Assembly: GCF_009914755.1 (NCBI RefSeq)
Contig: NC_060936.1
Length of the DNA stretch: 64,000 bases
Direction: 5' to 3' (one strand)
Source of the DNA: the human T2T-CHM13v2.0 reference genome, Homo sapiens
A program made the translations under genes and the position numbers. The notes under the pieces are model-generated. The model did no database searches and was not told the origin of the DNA. It was given only the letters and a program-made list of their open reading frames with translations. Shown here piece by piece: positions 15,390 to 29,103 of this stretch (its first letter is position 1; every line of letters starts with the position of its first letter).

Positions 15390-16745
15390 CAGTTGGAGGC
15401 CATTATCTATGTAGAGTTTACACGTTCTCCCCATGTCTGCGTGAGTTATCTCCAGGTACTCTGATTTCCTCCCACGTTCTATACCCATTAGGTAAATCAT
15501 CATATCTAAATGGTCCCAGTCTAAGTGAGTGTAGGTGGGTATGTGTGTGAGTTTGCCCTGCGATGGTCTGGTATCCAGTCCAGTGCTGGTGCCCCCCTTG
15601 CACCCTGAGCTGTGGGAGAGACTCCAGCCACCCAAGACTCCAAAGTGGAATAAGTGAACTGGAAAATGAATGAATGAATGAATGAATGAATACAGATTAT
15701 TGTAAAATAAAAATCTGTCAAGTCTACAAGAATCATATGAATGTATGACAATTAAAGATACGGTACAAAAGTACTCAGTGAGCCTACTCTATTTGTTATT
15801 ATTTGGTTTTGAACTACCCTGTGGTAGGAGGTATTCCTTACAACTTTCGCTTTGCAAACATCTATTTCTTGATTTAATTCACCACCACTACAAATGCCAT
15901 CACTCACTGATTCATCAAAAATCAGATAAATACCAAAGAAAAAGAAATCAATATATCAAAAAGATACTCGCACTCATTTTTATCACATCACTATTCACAT
16001 CGCAAAGATATGGAATCAACCTAAGTGTCCATCAGTGGATAACTGCATAAAGAAAATATGGTGTCTATATATAATGGAATACTATTCAGCCATAAAAAGA
16101 ACAAAGTCATGTGTTTTGCAGCAACATGGATGGAACTGAAGATCATTATCTTGAGTGAAACAAGCCAGACAAAGTCAAATATCACATGTTCTCACCCATA
16201 AGTGGGAGCTAAACAATGTGTACACATGGACATAGAGAGTGGAATGATAGAGGATGGAGACTCAGAATGGTGAGAGGGCAGGAGGGGGTGATGCTGAGAG
16301 ATGACTTAATGGGTGCAGTGTAGGTTATTCAGGTGATGGATGCCCTGAAAGCCCTGACTTGGCCACTACACAATCTACACTTGTAACAAAATTGTACTTG
16401 TACCCATAAATTTATACAAATTTCTAAAAGGGTAAAATTAAAAAAGACAAATGTAAACACTCTTTTGTTCTTTATTTTAAAATTGTGTAAATAATTATCT
16501 TGTGTGATTTTATTAATCTTTCTTAAATGTCTATATACCACACATGTATTTCAATGTTTAATATTATAAGTGTTTGGGGTCTTTATTTAGAAATTTGATG
16601 ATGTTTTTATGACCAGAAATATGTCATAGGAGTTAACTCTTGTCTAAATCAATTAGCCTATGGTAAAATTGATTTCATTATACATCATTTCACTTAAGTC
16701 ACAGTTTCTAAGAACCTATAAATGCTATTAAGTGAAGACTTGCTG
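15390..16745 (-). mobile_element. MER6 (TcMar-Tigger) DNA transposon, split by an L1MA insertion
   Basis: Reverse MER6 text (cacgttctccccatgtctgcgtg...ctccaggtactctgatttcctccca; (TGAA)n; aattagcctatggtaaaattg) with TIR ...aagtgaagacttgctg at 16745. Confidence 0.85.
15932..16450 (+). mobile_element. L1MA 3' end inserted in MER6
   Basis: L1 3' UTR (gcagcaacatggatggaactg, gccctgacttggccactacacaatcta...tgtacccataaatttatacaaa). Confidence 0.88.
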
Positions 16746-17338
16746 AAATGTGTTAAGTTCTTTCTCTGTCTCTTTGAAATGTATGTAAATCCTTCTAAAT
16801 GCTAAATAAGACTTTTGCTAGTTTTAAGACTTAGGAATGTCTTTCTCAAGGACCCAGGAGCCATCTCTTGGAAATCTAAACTTTAGGGAAGATAGAGCCC
16901 TATCTCTCAGTTTCTGTGGGAAGATAGGAGTCCAGCTTCAGCAAGCATCTCGCTCTACATTGTAGAACTATCTCTCATCATAAATATGTGAGAAATTTAT
17001 TTTTCCTTTACATAAAACTTCTTAGCTAACACTGATGGTAGCTCTAATTACCAGGTACACTTAGGATGAGCTATGTGCAACAAATGCTGCTGTCAAGTCC
17101 TCTTACTGGAGAAGTAGTTCCTGTTTATCTTGAAACTGTGTATATAGTGGGGTTTACCTGCTTAGCTATATAAGACTGAGATTTCCTGTCTTTGCAATCC
17201 CTTAGCAGATTACCCGTGATGCATATCACCTACTTTTAATGTTTATTCAATAATAAAACTGTTTTCCTTCTCTTCTACCTTTGTAAAGAGGTTTTCTGGG
17301 ATGAAGGAGTTCTTGTCTTTAATTACATCTCTCCAACA
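16746..17338 (+). mobile_element. ERV1 solo LTR (MER34/MER39-like); its 5' part may lie at 15276-15390
   Basis: aggaatgtctttctcaaggacccaggagccatctct motif, TATA (ctatataag), aataaa, terminal ...ccaaca. Confidence 0.7.
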
Positions 17339-19277
17339 GTATCATATGTGAACTGTGGACACTGAAATGTCTGGTCCACTGCAAGCTTTCTCTGGCCCCA
17401 ACTAGTCTGCCTTGTCAATTTGACTGGGATTCCCCATTGATATCTGATGTCATGGAATAATAAAATCTTATAATTTGAAAGGAATTTAGATCAACAAATA
17501 GAAATTTAGATCAATTAAAAGAACTCTATATTACTATATGAATACCTCTCTGTGGGATTTTCCCCCAAAAGAAGAAAAAAGTGGTCAGCTTCTGCTTGAG
17601 AACTTCCAGAGTTCATGGAAGAAATGGTACTTAAGGTCTGAAGAATGGGGAAGATTTATCCAAAGGCATAAATCAAAAAAGGCAGCACTGCAAATAGAAG
17701 ACACAGCATGAACAAAGCACAAAGGAGGAAAAATAAAGGATTTTTGTAAATGCTGAGTAGTCTAATCATATTAAAATATTGAGTATGCATAGGAGCTGGA
17801 AGACAAAACCAGTAATGGAAGTCAGGACAATAGACAGAGAACCAAATGCCAGGATAAAGACTTTCTGCTCGACTACTAAAATAGAACTCTACTTGTCTCT
17901 GAAAGGAGTAACATGACTTTACAAGGATCTCGCCCCAGAAATATGATGAGGTATGTTCAGTACCAGGCTCCCTTTACAATTCTGCAAAAATGAGCCTCAG
18001 TTCTAGAAAAAATCTCCAAACACTGAAAGAAAACACGAATCACAACTTTCCATTGCTCTTAGGAGCTGGGTTTTTGTTTTTGTTTTTGTTTTTATCTGAC
18101 AGCAATTATCTGCTTTATCTCCATAACAGCTAACAGCAGTTTGGGGTGTTGTACTAAGATGGCATGGCTGTTTAAAAGAGCCATTTTTTGTTCTCAAGTC
18201 CTTAACTTTTGGGCCAGAAGCAACCATTGCTATCACTTTTCTTATGCTGTCTCCCACAGTGGCTAAGGCAAGTGGTTTTAGTTTTTCTTTGACCTTCCTT
18301 CTCATATTCAGGGAGGTGTCTTACCTATTTAAAGATGATTTGTTGAAACCAAATGAGCAGTCACGGAAATGTAAGTGCCCACAGAATGTCCTCTTTCATT
18401 TGTAAAATCTGTATTCCAAGACAGATGCTTTTAGAGAGGCTATTTAAATATGGCAAATATATCAGTTTGTCTTCAAACTAATGTAAATCCCTCATTGGTT
18501 TATCCTAACTGCAAAGAATCTTCAAAAAGCTGGACAAAGTAAAAAAAATAGCCATCAGCAATAACCATCTGTATTAACGTGTAGTATTTCTTTTGAAGGG
18601 TACATTAAAAACACAGAGATTGGGAGATGGGGAGAAGTAAGAAAAAAAGTTCCTTTTTAACTTTTTCTTAGGACTTTATTAAAAGGATTTTCACTTCAAC
18701 AGATACTTCTATAATCATAGCTGAGATATAATTTATTTTTGGAAAACAGAAAATGAAAATGTTATGAATAGTCTTGTTTCAGGCAATCAAAGAGAGTGGA
18801 ACAAGAAATCTTGTATTTGATTTGTTTTCACAAGTACGATTCAAAGAACATCTGTGCTTATGCCATGAATCCTTCTGCATAGCGCTCTTCCTTAGAAGTT
18901 TTAGTAATAGCTGAGTCCATTGATCTGCGATTTGGTAAACTTGAGGTTTTTGAAGGGCAGCCAAAGTTTCACTTAGTTTCTCAACAACTCTCTCTCTTGA
19001 ACATGAGAACATCTATCTTGTTCCTCGAGAACTTAAGATCCATTTTTATACTCTGGACATCATAGTGCTGGAACTTGCAGACAAAAGCCAGGCAGCCTTA
19101 CTGAGACACTGAGTTGTTTTTAAATAATTATTTCATTTAGATTCTTAATCAATTATCAGTTTTTAGAAGAAATATGCCCAAAATTGCAAGTGCTACTTCC
19201 CGTGGGCATTTCCATGTTTTAAATCTAGTTAAGGCTCAGGCCTTAACACACACGATTCACTCATGATTTGAGATAGA

Positions 19278-19360
19278 CAAAATAATCTGTACAACAAACC
19301 CTCGTGACATGAGTTTACCCATATGACAAACCTGTACGTGTACCTGTGAACCTAAAAAAC
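19278..19360 (+). mobile_element. Tiny L1PA-type 3' terminal fragment
   Basis: aataatctgtacaacaaaccctcgtgacatgagtttacccatatgacaaacctgtacgtgtacc. Confidence 0.8.
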
Positions 19361-19879
19361 AAGATAATTATTGTTATTTCTAAAAGTCCACCCAGCAATT
19401 AACCAAAGTGGAAACATTTTCAGACATAATCTTGGTTAATTCAGAGTAGTTTCTAATTGTTAACGCTTCTGTTAGCTTCCAGAATGACCATGAAACTTTA
19501 AATAGAAAGGACATTGAGGATCACATAAATGAAAGAATAGGTGTAAAATAATTAGTACAAGGCCTGGCACAGAGGGCTAAACAAATAATAGCTCCTAATT
19601 TAGTAGTGCAATAGTGGCAACAGTAGCCCTACATCCTCTTCAACAGTCCAATTTACAGATGAAACCCAGAGAAATTAAATGATTTTCCCAAAGCTACAAA
19701 GCTTGTTAGTGGCAGAGCTGAAACTGAAATGGAAGTTCCTTAACTAGTCTAATACTGTCCCCAATACCTTGGGGAAAATCATTTTTTCAATTATGCTGAA
19801 TTGGTCTCTCATATAAAACATACAGAGGGCGAGACTTCACATATCTTCAGATAGCAAACCTTCTCAGTGGCTATTCTGA

Positions 19880-20540
19880 TTAATTTGTAATTTCAGAATC
19901 TGATGGCCTTTCCCAGCCCTCTCTTCTTTTAACCTTTCTGCTGCATTTAGCAACCATTGCTTACACTGCCCTTTAACCTGAGCAACACCACGCTAAACCA
20001 ACTTCTACCTCTCTGTCTACTTACCTCCCTCTGTATTTACTTTCTTCCTCCTTCCTCATGTACTCAAGGCATGGAACTTTCCAAAGCTCCACTCTTGAAT
20101 CTCTACACTCATCCTTGAGAGATCCCATATATTCCCAAATAATCTCTGTATGAAGATAACCTCAAAACATTTATCTTGAGCCCTAGTCTTTCCTGAAATT
20201 TAGCCACAAATTTCCAGTTTCCTATTGGATGTTACTACCTAGATGTTGTGATATTATCTCAAAATTACCATGTCCAGAATCAGTCATCATTTCCCTCAAA
20301 AGTAGCTCAAAATCTTTACTTTCATGGTGTAACAGTCCCATAATTCCTCCAGTCTTGAAACCATAGAGATATCTCTGTGTTTCCTCACCCTTCGTAAGTA
20401 ATCTGCCACAAATTCCATCATATCCTTTCTTTTTACTTCCTTCCCATTTCCACTGACATCACATCAGTTCAGTTTCTCACCACCAAGGCCAGAACTACTC
20501 CAAGAGCTTCTTAACTGATGGCTATGTCTTTAGTCCTCAC
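19880..20540 (+). mobile_element. Degenerate L2 fragment
   Basis: L2-like motifs (ctgctgcattt, ggatgttactacctagatgt...atctcaaaattaccatgtcca, aaattccatca). Confidence 0.55.
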
Positions 20541-20620
20541 AATCTTACAAACTCCCCAAGTTAGGGGACCCAGCTTAGGGACATAGAATTTAACATGTTG
20601 CCAGTTTAAACTTAATACAG

Positions 20621-20639
20621 TCTCTCTCTCTCTCTCTTC

Positions 20640-20690
<51 letters not shown>
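20621..20690. repeat. (CT)n(CA)n compound microsatellite
   Basis: Direct reading. Confidence 0.95.
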
Positions 20691-20692
<2 letters not shown>

Positions 20693-21189
20693 GCAAACAT
20701 TACAGAATTTGCAAAAATGATCTGAATTCTGACTCCTCAGGCTGTTTAGAGACTGGTGTCATGAATGTCCCCCAGGAAAGCTATTGGCTAAATCCCTCTG
20801 TGAAGAAACACATCCACGAGAGTGGTTCCTTAATTTTCTCATCTTTTCTTATATTTTATCTATTTTTCTTTTATGTATTTCTTATTCTTTAAAAAAATTA
20901 TCTCTCTAATGCAAATTTAAATTATACTGAAACACTAGTTCTCACCTATAAGATTGGCATAAATGGAAAATTTGACAACATATTCTTTTGGCAATTTGGT
21001 ATAACAATTGGCAGTTTATACACTGCTGGTGTTAACACAAAATAGCAACCCCTATGGAGAGACATTTGGCAAAATTACATGTAGTTTTAGCCTTTGATCC
21101 AACAATATCACTTCTGGGAATCCATCACAAAGTAATACTGGCAAAAATACAAGAGCTCATTTTTGTTGCACTATTTAATAACAGTAAAG

Positions 21190-21646
21190 GAATGGTAATA
21201 TTTCCAAATGGATTAAAGCAAACCCCAGTTTCCCTTGCTTCAACTTTTGCTTCCTTTCCCTTTTTTTCTCATCTTTTTCCCTTTCCCCTCTGTTTGCTAC
21301 CTCCACCTCCCCTGAAACTTGACAAACTGCAAGGATTGCAAAATAGCTCTTTAAAGAACTACTCTGGCAATTGCCAGAAGGGGATTGTCCCAGTGATCCC
21401 AAACAAGAAGCATGAAGAATGAAAACCATCTCCATCTGTTCCAGTCACAAGTTCCACATAGTTAGAAGTTGAGCAACATGACCAATACACAACAACACAT
21501 ACCCTCATCTTCTTCTTGCACTATAAAATTCCAATCGTGACACAGCTTGAAGAATTATCTGGTCTTCATGTGCTCCCTGATACACGCCAGTGAAATAAAA
21601 CCTTTGATCTCTATTCAAATCATTTCAGCTATTATTTTCTTTGACA
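21190..21646 (+). mobile_element. LTR-like insert within the old L1
   Basis: CCAAT, ctataaaa and aataaa in order, terminal ...tttgaca, after which L1 sequence resumes (aacccaaatgt); family not identified. Confidence 0.5.
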
Positions 21647-23268
21647 AACCCAAATGTATGTCAAAAAGGACTGGCTAAATAAACTATGCTACATGCACAA
21701 ATGAAGTGCCATGCAGCTGTAAAAAAATGACTTAGCGATGTTTCCATATGCCACAATGGAATGATCTCCGAAAACACTAAGTGAAAAAAAAATCAATGGA
21801 GAAAAAGTTGTGTGGAGTATGTTATCAGTTATCTAAGGTATTGGACATAAATATACATATGTATTTATGTATATATTTTTCTTAAATTATAAACCAAAAT
21901 TTCTAAAGTTACTTATAGAGAAAGAAAGAAAGGAAGATGAAGGGGACAAGGACAGAAGCTAAACTTCTCTGAATATGTCTTGTTTTCAACGTAAATATCT
22001 TACATAATAAAAAATTAAATTTTAAAAAGCAAGCTTTAAAAACTAAAAGCAACATGAACCAATGAATCTCTGTAACAAACCAGCAGTATAACCAGAGAGA
22101 AACTGTTAACTAATGTTACGTGCTTTTAGTAATCATTTTTGGTAGTAGTGTTAGTATTGTCATTCAGAGACTGTTGTATGTACATTGCAGGATAAAACAA
22201 ATAAACAATTATATTGGTGTCATTGATATCCAGGATTTCAAGCGTGGAAGAAGGTACAGACATAAATCAAAGAAATTAAGTTAAAACCCTTTAGCCCTAA
22301 ACTTGAACTGGAGGTATTATTATGACTTTATAATACATTTTATCTTTAAAAGTTCACATATCCTAGTACTATACACTGGAAAGGCTTTGAAATAACATTC
22401 AACCTAAAAAACAACAGATGTCCCTAGCTCCCAGACTGTAGTTCTAAATTTCTAGTCATTCCTACTAAAAGGAGCCATGGCTTCTTGGGAAAATCATTTA
22501 TTACAGATTTGGGGAAGGAAAAGTAAAAGACACACTTGAATCATCTTGTCATATTAAAAATCAGGTTGTTCAAAAAGACTCACAACCCAACTTGAAAAGA
22601 TGCTTACTGACCAAAGATAGGGCAATTTGAGCCTCAATGAAAATAATATCTGCAATGGATTGAAATACATGAAATATGGCTAAATTCTATAAATTCATAA
22701 TCATACTTTCTTTAAAAAACTCATTAGCAATCTTTGAAAGATGCTAAAGATTCCACTAATATTTAAAAACACATAAACATTTGTGTGTGTCTGTGTGTGT
22801 GCATGTGTCTGAGTGTGTGTCTAGCCTGCCTTTCCTGTATTGTACCTCTGGGTAAGTGATTAGCTGACAAGGAGAAATTTCTCTTTATAGAGATAGTCTC
22901 ACCAATAAATAAAAAAGGAATCATAGAATTCTTATATCACGACTTTGTAACCCATCACTAATTAATAGATTTAGGAACTGAGCATTAGTGGCTACTAGCA
23001 TCAATAAAGATACACAACTATACACCACCACCTATGAAATATTCTTGCCCAAAAAAATCTAAATTGAATATGATCAAGCTTCTTGTTTGAACTACCAATT
23101 AACCAAAACAGAGAACAAATAAAGAGGTTAAAAACATGGCAAAGATTCAATCAGCAAAATTCAGACTGAGAAATTCTACTGGACAAATGACCTAAATTAT
23201 TCTGCTGATAAACTGCAAAGAAAAGGAAAAAAGATATGAGGGGGAAGTACAGGCCAACAGTTATTTAA

Positions 23269-23577
<309 letters not shown>

Positions 23578-23657
23578 AGGCATATCAACAAATGACTGTA
23601 TGGACCTCTTTTGGACCCTAATTGAAACAAGCACTCACTCTCTCATTCTCACTCACT

Positions 23658-23688
<31 letters not shown>

Positions 23689-24285
23689 TATTTTTAAAAC
23701 CCCATATATGTATATATTTAAAAATTGGGGAAATTTCAACACTGATTAGCTATTTGATAATGTTTGGGAATTAATGTTAACTTTTTAGGTGTGATGACAT
23801 TATTGTGGTTAAATATTTTCTGGAAGAGTCATTATCTTTTAGAGAGATACTGAAATATTTACAAAATAAATGATAGATATCTTGAACCTTCTACAAAATA
23901 ATGGATGGGTAGAGGAATGTGCCTAGTTCTAAATGAAACAATCTAGCCATAAGCTGGCCTTGTAAAAGTTAGGTGATCTGGCCAATACCACACATCTAGT
24001 AAGCAATGGAGTTAGCACTCCAATACTAGTTGTCTGATTCCAAAGTCTATGTTATCTTCAATACACCTACGATGCCTCTCAAAAGCACCCCTACAGATAA
24101 CTGGCACACAACCACTTGTAAACTGATGAATAGCTGTATTACCTGGCTCTGCAGGGTTTTCTGTGCCTTAAATACGTATTTAGTAAAAATTTTGTAAGTG
24201 TTTATTGGTTATAATAATTTGTAAAGCCACCTAGAAGAGGTGATACATTAGACTTAGAAAAGCATCACAAGAAATAGATGTTTTA

Positions 24286-24616
<331 letters not shown>

Positions 24617-25334
24617 TTAATAAATGCTTTTGTTAATTTGTTCTACCCAAAACTGATAGTAGCTGTATAATAAAAATGAGCCTAAGATATATAATAGAAA
24701 TGAGCTTACAAGCACATATCGAAAAACCAAGTTAAGATTCTAAGATAATTTATATATTATATTGCTTTCCGAGTTCCTTAAAAACCATAAATGCTCTCTT
24801 GTTTATCTTGTTGTGCCAGTGATTTGTGGAAGCCAAAAGTGAAAACTGCAGTCACAAGGACCCTAGGGCAAGACTTAATAGTACCCTTGATGACTAAAAT
24901 AATTGATATCTCTCTTTGAAATGTGGAACAAAGGAAACTATATGTTGAGGTCCAGTGTTATCATAATAATAATAATAAGTAAAAATATGTTTAAGTCAGG
25001 TGAACCTGATGTTAAGTCATTAGCATCACATTGGGTGAGGACTTGAGGCAATCTCTTTGAGGAAAGAAATCTTCTACTGATATGGCTAGCGTCAAGGTGC
25101 ACCTTCTTCTGAAATGTTGCCGAGACATGAAAGAAATACTAGTTTTGAAACTTGTCCAACTTGTACATCAAGTCAGTCAGGATCTTGAGATAGATCACTC
25201 TGCTTTGATGCTTTTCCATTTTCATGTTTGCTTATTTACTGTGCCAGAGTTATGTGTGTGTTTATTACTTCTCTATAGGATTCACTCACTAAAGAGGGAC
25301 CATCTAGATCTATTCACCTCAAATACTATATGGG

Positions 25335-25560
25335 GTTTTTCTATTTGTATCAATTTAAGGGGTACACATGCAGTTTTTTTACATCGATACAATGCAGTGG
25401 CGAAGTCTGTGCCTCTATTGTAACCATTACCTGAATAATGTACATTGCACCCATTAAGTAAATTCTCATCCCTCAAATCCCTTACCTCCTTCCCACCCTC
25501 CATCCTTTCTAGCCTCCAATGTCTATTATTCTACACTCTGTGTTCATGTGTACACATTAC
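25335..25560 (-). mobile_element. L1MA-type 3' end fragment
   Basis: Reverse L1 3' UTR (gaataatgtacattgcacccattaagtaaattctcatccctca). Confidence 0.75.
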
Positions 25561-26161
25561 AATATGGGTTTCATCAGGTAGCAGATTACCTTGGCCGTTG
25601 GCTTATTGTTATGTCTCTAACCAAGAACATTTTGTAGTCACAATTTTTAAAACTAGGTTTACTCTTAATTTTATACTTACACTCCTGTAGCATTTCTAAA
25701 TTGATCCATAGTTTAGGACAAATAAGTAGTTTACCATCTAACATCAATATATTATTCACTTTATTATGACTCATGACATTTAATATAATTGTGACACTTT
25801 AAATGTAACATTTAAGGTGTCACAATTATACCCTTGTTGTTATTATTTTAGTATAATCCCCATTATTATTATTATTATTAACATTTTATTCTTAATCATC
25901 ACCTCTCAATTAATAAGTAACTCATGTGGACAACCTATAGTATTTGAAGAAAAAGGATAAAAGTAAGAACATAAATAAGCAAATCCTCCATGCACCATTT
26001 TTGTGTTCCACTCTACTAAAATTTTACACTGCAGAACAATTCCAGATCCTGTAACTTAGGTCCTGTATGTTGACAGTATTTAAAGAAAATGCCAGCTGTG
26101 ACTACAGCAAAGTTGCAGCAATAACAAGAAACTTCTGCTATATGGCATTTCCTTTGGTAAT

Positions 26162-26501
26162 TGCTATGGTCTAAATGTGTCCCCCGAAATTTATGTGTTG
26201 GGGTCCTGGCCCTCAAAATCATGTTAGGAGATGGAGCCTTTGGGATATGATTAGATAATGAGGGCACATGGGATTAGTGTCCTTATAAAAGAGGCCGAAG
26301 GGAGCTTGCTTGCCCTTTTCACCATGTGAGGACACAGCAAGGGGTGCCTTCTACAAGGAACCGTCCCTCACCAGACACCAGATCTGTCAGTGCCTTGATC
26401 TTGAACTTCCCAGCGTCCATAGCTTTGAGAAATAAATTGCTATTGTTTATAAGCTACCAGTTTATGTTATTTTATTATAGCAGTCCAAATAAACTAAGAC
26501 A
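26162..26501 (+). mobile_element. MLT1A-like MaLR solo LTR
   Basis: TG...CA ends (tgctatggtctaaatgtgtcccc ... aactaagaca), ccttataaaagagg, gccttgatcttgaacttcccagc, aataaa. Confidence 0.85.
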
Positions 26502-27549
26502 ATAATAAATCATCTAGAAAAAGTATACCCCCTACCAACAGACAAAAATTTCACAGAGTACTTTAAAGAACTTGTTTCCTTCTTTTGTGATGCATTGCAT
26601 GCTGATAATTCTGAGATCAAGCAAGGATAAATATATTTATCTATTATAATACTAAGAAACTGGCCAGAAGCCCACATATATCACTTTTTAAAATTCATGG
26701 AGGATTAGGAAAATGGTCAGAGTGTATCTGTATTGTCTCTTATAAATGTATTTTTAGTATAACTAGAAACCTACTGAAGCAAATTATCACAAAATCTCTG
26801 TGTCAAAAAGAAAAACAGTATAGATCATGAGTTTAAAAATGATTCTTTTAAAAAAGAAAACATTTCAGACAAATTTAATATTCTTCTTTGACAAAATTAT
26901 AGGTTTAGGATATAAAAAACAAGGATGCCTTCCTCCCTCCCTTCCTCCCTTCCTTCCTCCCTTCCTTCATCCTCCGCTTTATTAAGAGACAAAAATGTGC
27001 CAGGAAATGTGCAAAGAACAGTTCCTGTCCCAAGGATCATATAATCTAATGACTAAAGCAAACAAATAAGCAATTTCATTACAATAAGGTGTCTTCGATG
27101 TAAATTGAAGTTGTGTATGTGTCCAAAAGAGGGCCCCAAAAGCTCCACATAGAAGGAAGTCTCTCCTGATGTTACTTGAATGATATAGTCATCAATATGC
27201 CAAAAAAAGTTTCTAAGAGCATGTAACTCCAACAGTTGATTAGAAGAAATGAAGTACCACAGGCACTAATCTTGATTCAGAGGAGTTTTTCTGTGACATT
27301 CATGATGGACCAAACAAAATGCTCAGTAACACTGTAGCCAACTATGTCAAAAGTTATTTCAAGGTAGGGGCTGACTTCTGCCTCTTTTTAACAGGTAAAA
27401 TGCTCAGTATAAACACAAAGTAGGTGCCTAATACAGACTAATTGCACACTGAAAGCTAAAGGAACACGCAAAATATTTTCACATATTAAGATAGAATTTA
27501 AATGCTAGTAACCTTGATAAATTTAAAATATCAAGAGAAAATAAATGAA

Positions 27550-27795
27550 GACTGAAGCAATGCTTTGCCTTTAAATTCAAACCACCTGTGTTCAATTCCA
27601 ATTTAGTCACTGAATAAGCTCAGTGGCCTTTAGCTGGGTATTTAGCTTATTTGACTCTCAACTATCTAACCATAAAATGAGGATATTGATACTGATCCCT
27701 TAGGCTTGGGTCTTTGTGAGGAATACATGAACTAATATATTAAGGTTCCTAACTCAAGGCATGGCCCAATGTAGGGTACTCAAGAAATGTTAGCT
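27550..27795 (+). mobile_element. MIR
   Basis: Core and 3' tail (cataaaatgaggatattgatac...aagaaatgttagc). Confidence 0.65.
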
Positions 27796-27798
27796 TCA

Positions 27799-28140
<342 letters not shown>

Positions 28141-28710
28141 TAGTGTGAAAGACCTTAAAGGGTCTCCTCGTCAATTTCCCTTTAAGACATTCTAAACTGA
28201 AAGTACATAGAGAAGGTCATTCTACAATATACCCCATCATATGGTTTCATCTTTCTAGGAAGCAGCACAAAAGAAAGTGGCCTGAGTATCTAGCATAAAC
28301 CTCATCAATTCGTTTATTTAACATTTATTAAGTATCTCCCACATGCCATGGATTATTTTCCAGACAAGTGTCATTTAAACCTGTGTCCAAGTTTCTGATC
28401 TATATGAACCAATGAATGCTAAGTATCCAACAACCTCTAGTGTTGGAAATTCATCATTTTCTTTAACAATTCTTAGTCTTTGGACAGATTTCAGTATTAT
28501 TTACTGATGCAGGAAAACGGAGAAGAGTTCAGAGAGAACAGGAAATGAGCTCTATCTGAGATTGCTGAGTTTGAGATTAATCTGAGATATCCAGATGGAG
28601 AGACATAGTGTATAGGTGGAAAATCAGACCAAAAGGTCTTACCAGGAACCTTAGATTTGGAAATTGTCAACACATATGCAGTAGTTAAGTGATGAGAATA
28701 AATGAGATCA

Positions 28711-29103
<393 letters not shown>

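Noticed and set aside
25082-25423. 113-aa ATG ORF
   Set aside because: No recognisable homology, and its 3' end runs into an antisense L1 fragment.
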